From Rhodosorus marinus CCMP1338 (lineage: Eukaryota; Plantae; Rhodophyta): a stretch of 64,000 nucleotides of DNA. Numbering within the stretch: position 1 is the stretch's first letter; every line of letters starts with the position of its first letter. The notes below the pieces were generated by a model. It saw only the letters and a program-made list of their open reading frames with translations. It was not told where the DNA came from and searched no databases. The stretch lies in the NCBI GenBank assembly GCA_029953675.1, contig JAMWBK010000005.1, positions 1,922,001 through 1,986,000 of the forward strand. Direction: 5' to 3'. Shown here piece by piece: positions 53,070 to 63,230 of the stretch. Both the position numbers and the translations under genes were made by a program.

Positions 53070-56000
53070 CCTCTGTTCCCCTCCCCCCCCTCCGCTCACC
53101 CGAAGGAACCCCTCAAAATCAACGAACCAGCCCTTCCCAAAAACCCTACCCACACTCCACCCGTAGTGTTCACGAAGGCCTTGCCCCCCCCCCTCAACGG
53201 CCAAACCAAGCCAACTTTCCCTCAAGAAAAACCCTCCCCTCGCAAACGAAAACCAAACAACTTCAGCGACTTTTATATTCGAGTCCGTCGACAGCATTAA
53301 CCCTTTCAGCTCCTCGGATGGCCCTCTTATTTAGACCAGATTATTCATCTCCCTCCCACGCGGCGCTTGCAACCAAAAAGCTCGAAACCCTCTGTAGCAT
53401 CACCTCCGCTCATTCTCCCTCGAAACCTGAAAAAAAACGCTTCGCCAAGTCATACCGAAACGTCACCGAGTAATAATCAAAAAATAATAACAATGTCCAG
53501 AAAATCCTAAATTTATTAAATGTAGAAATACGAGTTTTATTTGAAGAGGAAGAAATGGAACTCAATGACTTCCCTGATTATGAATTGAAGAAGGGGGGGG
53601 GTTAGATCTCCTTGTATACGACAAAAAGTTTACTTAATATTATGTTTTCGTTTTTAGCTTGCAGTTTACCACCCGTAGAGTATAGGATACTGCATTGTCC
53701 TTTCAATAGGGACATTGCACGCTCTACTCAATTGAAAATTACTACCCTCACAGTATCTGAATTTTATATATATTATGGGTCTGTTAGAACTGATCCTGTA
53801 TGTTCAATTTCTCCCTCCCCAGTTGAAGCGCCGGGATTTTGGATGACCGAAATGTAAAAGGGGGTCTGTTGAAATTGGAAACAACAACTAACTTGGTTTC
53901 TAATGCTCTAGAGGCGGGATTCTTAAACCATTGAGATAGCAATGGATTTTCGAACATGAGGTCCGATCCAACAGGTTGAGGGTGTGGGCAAAACGTCATT
54001 TTTAGTCTTGTAATCAGATTTTTTGAGCGAAGCAACATAATTGGCTATTTTCGCATTTATCGGTCTCTGGAGAGAAGTACATTGGACAAGCGAAAAACAT
54101 TCGAAACTCGCACTATCCTCATTGGCTTATTTCATCCTATCATCTTCCGAGAACTCTTGTGGAGGAGACGAATTCGCCAGAATCAGTCAATTTTGATCCT
54201 ATACCTGACCATATGCGCGACGTTTCGGACGTCACCTCTACTGGCGCCCAATCATGTATCTGTGTCAACACTTCAACCAATTGGATGCGAAGACAGATCT
54301 GGTAGTTGGGGATGATTTCTTGGAGTTTTTCGTACCGGTCCTATAGAGTGTTTATCAATAATATATTATAATTCAATTCGCAGACTTGGCCGAGGTTAGG
54401 TTGCATTCGGCCACTACGAAACGAAGTTCCATGGTTTCCCACTCACCACTGGCAGATTGGGTTCCTTCACGGATACTGCACTCATGCACTCTCGCGGAGT
54501 TCATTGTGAGCTCGACGGGCGTTGTGGGGGGGGGGGTTGGCCACCAACCTTGAGAGGGTGACTGGGACTACCGTCTCATACCAGCAGCAGCATGGAGAAA
54601 CCTTGCTCCGAGTCAAGGTGAGGGGTACGCAGGGACCTGGTGCATTGGATCTAGTACAGTGGTCATCTTTGGAATCCTTTCTCAAAGGAAATGCGATTAC
54701 CTGAGCCTACACCGAGAGAGGTACAGAATGTGGTGGACCGCAGCCTTCCTTGAATATACAAAAGAGACCCCTGTTTATCCTTTGAAACGTTCCTTGCTTG
54801 GATGGCCAAACCGCCAATTCGCAGTCGTGGCCTGTATGACTTTGACCCATACCCTCTACCTTTGATGTTTCCGATGTTCGGACGTACATCGATCCGTTTT
54901 GTGTACGCAGGAATACCTCCTTCTTGCTTGGTTTCTCCTCCTTACAGTCCTTCGTCAGTGACCAAGCCTTCTTGCAATTTAGCCGACTCTTCTGCCTTTT
55001 TACATCCTCCATAGTTGTGATCCATCCCTTCCTTACCACACAACAGTATTTTACACTACCCCAACTACGCTCAATGAACAGTGCGGGGTAGACCGGACCC
55101 CGAACTGTTCTGACATAGTCGTGATCCTGCTAGTCCCGCTTCCAAACAAGAACGAGGAGAAGAAGAAGACGAAGAAAAAAAAAAAAAACAGGGCGCGAAA
55201 AATAAAGTATTATCGATAACCCCCATATAAAACTTGTCCCAAAACCGATCCAATCACCCTACCCCTCCTCCAGCTTTGTGTGCTAGAGAAAATTTATCAC
55301 AATAAGAAAAAACGGGGGCAAGGTGGGAGGAAAAGGCGTAGGGGGGTGGGGGAGTTGGAGGGCTGAGACCTCTATCTCTGCTTTTTTTAAATGAAAATTA
55401 TAAAAATGTTTTTCTGTAAAATTTACACATGTGAAATCTGTGTAAGCGAAAATGATACAAAAAAAAGTACGGCAAGTTTCATTTTTCTCAAGTTTTTTGA
55501 GTTTTCTCTAGTGAACTGAATTTTTAACAACTGTTTAGATTGTGTTGATTAATTTGCTTTTCATTTTTTCATTTTTCAAGGAGGCTGTTTTTTAGGTATG
55601 TTTCCGACGAAAGGGGACTCTCTGGTCTGGTCTGCTTGAAGTAGAGAGCGAGAGAGAGATTCCGTGGAAGGTTAGTAGGTTTTGGGGTAATGGGAGTAGG
55701 AGGGGGGGAAGGTAAGCTTGGAGAAGGAGAGGGCGGTGGGGTTGGATGAGGTGGGATGGGGGGTAGGGCTGTAGAGTGGTAGGATGGTAGGGTGGGAGGG
55801 GGCGGGGGGAGGGGGGGAAATGGGGAGAAGAGAATATTTAGAAAAGCTTATGGAATGTTCGCGGAGGGATCTATAAATGCTGGTAGGCTGATTGTCTGAG
55901 GCTTTCGAGTTGGTTTTCTTTTTTTTTCTTGTTTTGGTTGTAGTGGTTTGCGCTTTTGCTAGATCCTTGGCGTTTTCTAAGTGTGAGAGGTTGTTGGAGT

Positions 56001-56300
56001 GGATTGCATACGGCTCTAGAGTTGATGCGGTGTGCGGAGAGGTAGCGGTGCGAAGTTGAGGGGTTTGAGGAGTAGGGAAGGTTTTTTTGGAGCGGGGATA
56101 GGCTGGTCGTTCTTGGGGTTGGATGATCGAGGTCAATTTGATTCTCGCTGTATTTGTTTGTCTTCGAATTATACGGATACATTAGGATCAAGGGAGAAAA
56201 GGGGTTTAAAAAGCCGGCCACGGCGCTGAGAGTTTGCCCTGTGTTTGAAGAATTAGTTGCATCACCTGGCTTGCTTGCCTGTCGTTGCTGAACAGTAGGG

Positions 56301-57639
56301 ATGTCTGCACCGGTAGTATCTGATCAGGCCAATTGGCGTGATGAGTTGACTCCTGAAGCGAGGAAGGAAGCAAAAAACTTTCTGGTTTCCAAACTTCAGA
56401 GGAATCTTCCACGGGTACGCTGTGAACCGCTACCAAGTTATGATCTGGTTGAGTCGTGCCGCACCGGACAAAAAAACAAGACCGCCTAAATGAACCTGTC
56501 GGTCTAGATCAACTCAACAATTATTGTCTTTGGTCTACAGGACAAGCTGCTGGCTTATAGCCAAAGACACGAAGGGAACTGCTACGATAAGGCAACATCT
56601 ATTAGCAATTACATCCTGCTGGTCTGTGAGCCCGTGGACATTTTTGAGTATCAGCTTCAGCAGAAGCAGGCTGCTAAAGCTGCGCATGCAGCAAAACAAG
56701 CAGCAGCTGGTGAACAGGCCGCGTCGTCAATGGGTCAGCCCCATTCCAGCCTAAAACCCGGGGTACAAATGTCGGGTCGACCGAAAGCTCAACAAGCGCA
56801 AGTGCAAGCACGCAATGATCTCAACGGCATGCAAAACGTCGACCATGAGCAACGGGGATCCGTTAAGATGGAGCCCACAGCAGCAGTTCAAAACTCCCAG
56901 TACCCGCCGGATTCCGCTAGCTTTTATCAGGACGCCCAGGCACCAAAAATGACTTCACAGGTGAATCCGAACGTGATGCGACAGAGCGGAGTTTCTCCAC
57001 AGCAACAACAACCCCGGATGCAACCGAGGCAGATGGTACAACAGCAGCAGCAGCCGCCGCAGGCATCTGCCCAAGCGCAGCAGCCACCACAGCAGCAGCA
57101 ACCGCTTTCGGTACGTTTGCTCCGTAAGAAATTTCGGGCTGTCATTGGCACGGCGTGAGCTTTAGTCAATAGTTCCCCTGGTTTCGGGAACCGAGCCTGA
57201 AACGGCCCGTTCATGGTCTGTCTTGCGATTGCAAGTTGTTTTTGCTTGTTCTAAGCCGCTCTCGCGTTTCCTTTCTTCGCCCTTCGCGCCCCTTCAGGCT
57301 GACGGGAGGTCGCGGAACATTGCCGATCGGTATGAGGAGTTCAGGAGGGTCTACCAACAAAACTTCCATGTCTATGTGAGATACTGGCTCGGAGCTGACG
57401 CCCAGAATGAGGTTTCAAGTGAGGACCCGCAGGCTGCGAAACAAAGGAAGGAAACGCGTGACAAGTTGAGAATGTTCGACATGTACCTGAATACCGAGTA
57501 TGCTAAGCTTCCCAGGGGTTTGCAGAAGCCGCGAAATCTCGAGAACTTTATGTCGTTTGTTCAGCGAAAGGTGCTCGACCTGAAGCAGAGGAAACAGGCT
57601 TCCGCTCGAAATCGAGCTGCCGCTCCTGCAAACCAATAG
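56301..57639 (+). CDS. KIX-domain, Q-rich protein (MED15a N-terminus-like), 3 exons
   Basis: NWRDELTPEARKEAKNFLVSKLQRNLPR|DKLLAYSQRHEGNCYDKATSISNYI resembles the plant MED15 KIX domain, followed by a poly-Q region and a short helical C-terminal domain. Confidence 0.72.
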
Positions 57640-58091
57640 CAGCAAGCGAGTGCACCGGATATTGAGATGGGAGTTTGTATAATATCAATTTGTATAGTTG
57701 AGTATAGTGTTGGAATAAGGTGCTGATCAAAGGATCGCTTTATCAGCAAAAAGGGCGGTGGCAGCAATGTTCTGCGCTGATAGGTGCAAAGTGTGCTATA
57801 TGCCACCATGCACTGCAAAGATGTGAATAGAGGATAAAAGAGGCTGGCTCCTCTGATTCACACCTGAGATTCTGTCAGTAAAGTACTAAGCCGGAGACCC
57901 TATCAGTTCTTCTCCCCAAGTGTAGGGGAAACTTTACTCGCCACCCACTACAGATTTTTTCGGCAGTTGGTCAACATAGTTAGTAAAAGATTGACCCTTC
58001 AACAAAAGCGTTAGGACGCTGCTCGACCTCGTCCACGTTCAAACCCTAGCCGAAGAGGACCGCCAGGTGTATTCACATCATGTTAAGAAAC

Positions 58092-61000
58092 TTACAGCCT
58101 AGATCTATCCGTTGTCTCGGAGATCGATTTCGCAGTAAAAGCAGTTAGCGTCTCATCTCCATGACCAGCTTCGCTCTTGAACCACAGGCTGCGCTCAATG
58201 ATTAGCCGGGTTCGGACGAAGTCATACATATAGTACGCGATAATCGTTGATGGCACAACCTTTAAGGCATTTGGCACGACGCCTCGGTAGAACCCGAGCA
58301 ATCCCTGGGTTTGGTAAATCTCCCGGACAACATGTGCCATTCGAGGCCCCTTATCACCTTGCTGGCCTATACCGTCTACATGAAACAAAGGGCAGTTTGT
58401 AAGCGCGGAACCGCGCCTCGATTCTGGAACAGCTAATGACAATAACCAACCTAGAAAGCCGTGAACTTGCATTCTTCGTCGACAGGTGTCTAGGGGATAG
58501 GCGAGCGTCTGAGCGGTTAGGCTACCTACGCTCCCGCAAATCACCGCACTCGTCGGCGTCGGCAGTCCGGACCCGTCCTGCAACTTTGGAAAGAATTGTC
58601 TAAGCTGATCATAAGTAGCGTAGCTGATCCCTACGTATGGGAACACACCCAGCAGAGATGGGGTGAGTCCTCTGTAAACGCTGAGCAATCCAGTCTGCAA
58701 TGACAAAAGACGCGACGGCTTAGATTTTAGCAAATGCAGTCTCCACTGACCAAGCAGTTCGTTCAACTGCCGGGCCGTTCCGTACCTGTCGTATTGAAGA
58801 GCGTAAGCCGTGGAGTATTCCGTTGTACGGGCAATGTGATGCTGATTGAACTGATAGCCTCCCTCGGATAAACTCGAGCGGGTAAAGGGCAATCCCCGCG
58901 CATAATCCAGATACCCCGGCAATGGCAATTTTAGTCGACCCCGAGCTGGGCTTGAACTCCTTTGACTGCACGCTTCTGAGCATATGAAGCAAAAAAGAGT
59001 GTGACCGTTTGAGATGGTTTTAGACGCAAGAGGCCAGCAAACCCTGCTAGAAAGCTTGAAACGGCCGAGAATTCGTACTGCTTCCTCAGCTCATCGTTGT
59101 ACCCCAGTTTTTCCCGTATCAAGAAAACAGCAGAGAGCTGGATTATAGCGGTTGGAACGATGCGAATCACATTCGCGGCGTTCCCTCTAAAAAGACCCAT
59201 TAAGCTCGTCTCCCGCTGAACCATTGTTTTCATGCCCTGCGGAAAGAGTGCACAAAACTTGTGAGACAGACGATGGTTCCAAACGAACAGATCTCAGCAA
59301 GCAAACGAGCACCGCTCTGCGTGCGAACCTTCCAAAGATTAGTAAACTTCTTGTGCCCAGTGAGAGAATCTGTCTGCATCAATATCTTCAATCTCTCAAG
59401 GGGTGCTACAAAGGTTCGGGCGAGCGCACCCGATATTCCAACTGCAAGCAAATGAAGCAGGTCCAAATGCTGCTTTATCGTATTCTTAGGCTGCTAGACA
59501 TGTTTGGAGGCCAGGTGCATAGCACAGATATCAAGCGCAAGTCAGCAATGGCAGCTTCTGTGGTGCGGAGAAATTTCCGCTCTTTCCATAGGATAGGCAA
59601 CTCACCTCTCCTTCGGTTTTGTACAAGTACCCGTTAACAACATCGACATAGTCATGACTTTCGTCCTCATCATGCGCGACTGCAGGTTCCAAGTGGTACA
59701 ACATGTGCTCCGCGAGGAAATGGACATCCTGTTATGCAAAAGGCCTTTCATCTCAGCTCGCAAGCAAATGAGAGAGCAAGCGAAAACAGACCCGTACTCC
59801 TCCACCAAGGCCTTCCGGCTGTTAGGTGTCTCGCTCGCTCGCCAAATGACGGTGACGGCCAAGAGTCAGCGCAAGGCCATGAGGAGAGTATCTCAGGAGG
59901 TCCTAAGTGAGTTTCAAGCGCGGACGTAAACGCACCCGTCTGAACTGACCGGGCAGAATCGACCCCAGGGGCAGCTTGCAGTACTCTTTGTAAGATATTG
60001 CATGTGAACCATCCCTGCCGAACAGGTTGGAGAGAAACTGAAAGCTTGAAAGCATTTTTCCTGCTTCCTGCACCCGCGAAGAAGTCGCATAGTCTTGAGC
60101 AAACTTTTCTTCTTCTTGGTTCAGACGTGAATCAGCTTCGTTACCTCATCTATGTCCTTATATTCATTGAGGAGGGACATGAGCTCCTCAGCATCAATGA
60201 AACCACTGTTGTTTCTGTCGGCTAAACGAAAACCAAACTCAGCCTCCGCATTGGGCTGGTTTAGAACAATGTCGAACCGGACAAACTCCCAAAAGTCGAT
60301 AAGCACTTTGCCGTTGTCGCTTTCGTCACTGAATTCGGAAATGCAGACACCAAGATTTGCCTTAAGCACGTATACAGTGAATCGGAGAAGTAGACCCCAC
60401 GAGAAACAGAACAATGACTCACGCTTTTCTATTGCTGGTAACCAGCGAAATCAGAAGCCTAGAAAGCCTCTCTCGATCCTAGAAACACAATATGGAAAAA
60501 GTTTTAGACTCAGATTCGAAAGGTCGTGAAAGTGAAAATGAAAATTGTGTCACCCACCTCCTCTGGAAATGTGTCTACGTTTGCAAACTTGAGAAAATCC
60601 TCTGGTGTGGCGTAAAGCTTCCCGTCCCGTTTCACTGATGCATTTTTCTGGAAGACAGCCTGCAGGTACCTGGCGCCACCTCCAAGGTGAAGTCTGTGAA
60701 AGCCCTCTGCATTGATGGCCCAGCATTCAACATCGGTTCTGGCTCGAATCTGTTCGAGTTATCAAAGAGTGACCGAGAAAGGATCATTACAGTCAATCAG
60801 GCACGAAATTCTTGCAACCACAACAAGCGCGTGTCTACGTGCTAGGAATCTACTCACAGTGGCTGAGCGCCGAGAATTGTACATGAGCCCCAACTCCCCA
60901 AACGACTCTCCTGGAAAGATAGTCTTGGCCAAACTACCGCTGCCTTCACCCTGGCGATCATCACTGGAGCCTGCCAAGAAATCAGGGCATAAGCGATCAA

Positions 61001-63230
61001 GATACCGATGCCCAGAGGGAACGCGAGAGAATGGCAAACCAGACGCCGGGTTCCAATAACGAACCTTTAGACTTAGGGTGTGAAATATGCCTCTCACACT
61101 CGCCCTTAGACAGGATGTAAAAATTGTCATGCGCATCTCCTTGGTGAAAGATCTCCTCGCCAGCGCGAAACTTCAGCTTGAAAAACAAGTTCAGCTCGCT
61201 AGGACCGATCCGGTCGAGACTGCGGAACAGGAAATGCTCTTCTAGCGTTTTCCGGAGCTGTCTCTGCTCTGCAGAAGACAAAATCTGGCTTGCCTCTCGT
61301 TCATCTCTGTAGTTTTCAAATGTGGGTCTGTCCACAGTCCACAACACGGACCTCTCCGTGGCCCGAATCTATGCCGAACGAATTCTAAGCATTAGCTCAT
61401 CATCCTTGACTCCTGTCGGGCTCAATAGAAGCGTATATGCTATGCCTTACCGTGGAGGTGCGAGGGGTAGGATACATAAAAGCGGTCATTCCAAACGAAG
61501 TATGTGGACCCAGCGATGAGACAAGGATTGGTGGGCCGTTGTCCTTGGTGATGAATCTATCTACAGCACCAGATTCTAAAATGTAAAGTTGATTTCCGTA
61601 CTCCCCCTATCCTAAGAAAAACGTTCAGACGATGCTCAGCAGTTTCTCAAGCTGCCATTATCGGGCAAAGTGTGTAAGAATGGCGGGACCCAACCTGTTC
61701 AAATATAACATCTCCTGGGTCGACCACGACCGATCGGAAGCTCTTGAGAAACTCCAGGCGCTTGTATAGATCTGGGATCTCATATGCGATGGGACTCCTC
61801 TTCAATACTTTGCGGAGAACACTGAGGCTCTCTTTCGACGGGGTTTGGCCGGTTTCTACGTTTTTCCTAGAACCGTCAGAATTATCTGAGACAATTGTTC
61901 CATCCCTGCGCACGAGAACATTCAGTCGATTCCACAAGAAGATGCGAAGTCCGTCATATACACGCTCGCACGCCTCTGCCGTGCGAGCGACTTGTGGCGT
62001 TGGGCAATTAGCTACCGTCGAAGGTAGAGCTCTCGGCTCAAACGATTTCGATCCAACAGCTTCAATGATGCTGCGGGGTCCGAGCAAAAGTCTCTCGGCG
62101 TATAGCTATCCGCTTTGGGGTAAGGTTCCAGAAGCTTCAGACGCTGGTACGACGCAGCAACGAGCTCAGAACAAAATACCCGAGCGAGATCATCCTCTCT
62201 GCGCATTCGCTTGGTTGAAACAGGTCTTTCGCCTAGATGGGGAGGGGGGGGGGGAAGGGATTGTGCGTCAGCTGCTGAAGACGAAACCTAGGTATCTCGG
62301 TCTGCTGCTCTTATGAACGGTGAACAAGACATACTCTCAATCACCTCGTTCAATCGAGCCGATAGGACTTCGACGTTTCTGCTAACCCGAGTCCTCTCCG
62401 CCAGCAGTACTCGTCTCTGGTACGTTGTAAGAACCGCATTATCCAGTTCCCGCTGAATGTCTGTCAGCTGCTCCTTCTTCTCTATTAACAGTGCGTGGAG
62501 CCTCTCGCGCTCCTGTTTTGTTAGGGGGTCGAACACAGCTTGAGCAGCTGTTTTCCATTGGCAGAGGGTGCTTCTTCGTCAGAGATCACAGCATATAAAG
62601 AAATGCGTGCTTTGGAATTCGGTATAGGCGTCAACGAGTTGATCACCTTGAAGTAAGCCGGTCCCTGTCTCGTATGGTCTGCCCGTCATCTGTTGTGCAA
62701 AGTTCCAGAGCTGTCTGCGGAACTCGTCCGTGCGCATGGCCGAAAGCCTTCGTACTGCGATGTCATGTGATTTACTGGGCGTCGCGTGTTTAGAGAGTCA
62801 ATGAGCAGCTTTGAAAATATTTGCATACGCTGCTTAGCTGCTTACCTCTTGGAAACACGGTCACTGAGCTTGCGTAGCTTCACACCGCCAAGATCAGCTT
62901 CCAGGAAGAACAGTTTCTTTGAATCTGGGTCTCTCACAACTATTCCTACATGGTCCCATTTACTATTCGAAAAGAACTTGGCCACGATGCAGATGGCAGC
63001 ACCGTAAGCAGTCATCGACGTGCATCTGGGAAGGGAGGAAAATATGGCCAGCGATTCGGTCGGCCCTCAACACTTCTTAGCCACTTCAGAGTTGAAAGCA
63101 ATTGAGCTAGAAAGACCTCGTCACGTTACCTTCTGTTAAAAAGCACGATATCACCGGAGTCCACACTCCTGGGGAGTTGAACCTCAGCTGGCTTCTCTTG
63201 CTTGCTTTCTTCCTCCGTTCCTTTCTCCAT
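58092..63230 (-). CDS. Multidomain mitochondrial-carrier fusion: permuted NlpC/P60 amidase + 2 cNMP-binding domains + EF-hands + SLC25 carrier (20 exons, about 1135 aa)
   Basis: Amidase motifs DSGDIVLF, WDHVGIV, LEADLGGV, GRPYE, VFCSELVAASY, YTPRDF. cNMP motifs PGDVIFEQGEYGNQLYILESG, AGEEIFHQGDAHDNFYILSKG and FGELGLMYNSRRSAT. EF loop DRNNSGFIDAEE. Carrier signatures PLERLKILMQ, PLEFIRGRLSVQ and PLDTCRRRMQ. Nineteen GT-AG introns of 67-117 nt all preserve frame. Confidence 0.83.

Noticed and set aside
54650-54860. Minus-strand peptide KQGSLLYIQGRLRST resembling SSB, and plus-strand RGLYDFDP resembling an SH3 start
   Set aside because: Only short matches; the flanking sequence did not extend either fold and the splice model is uncertain.
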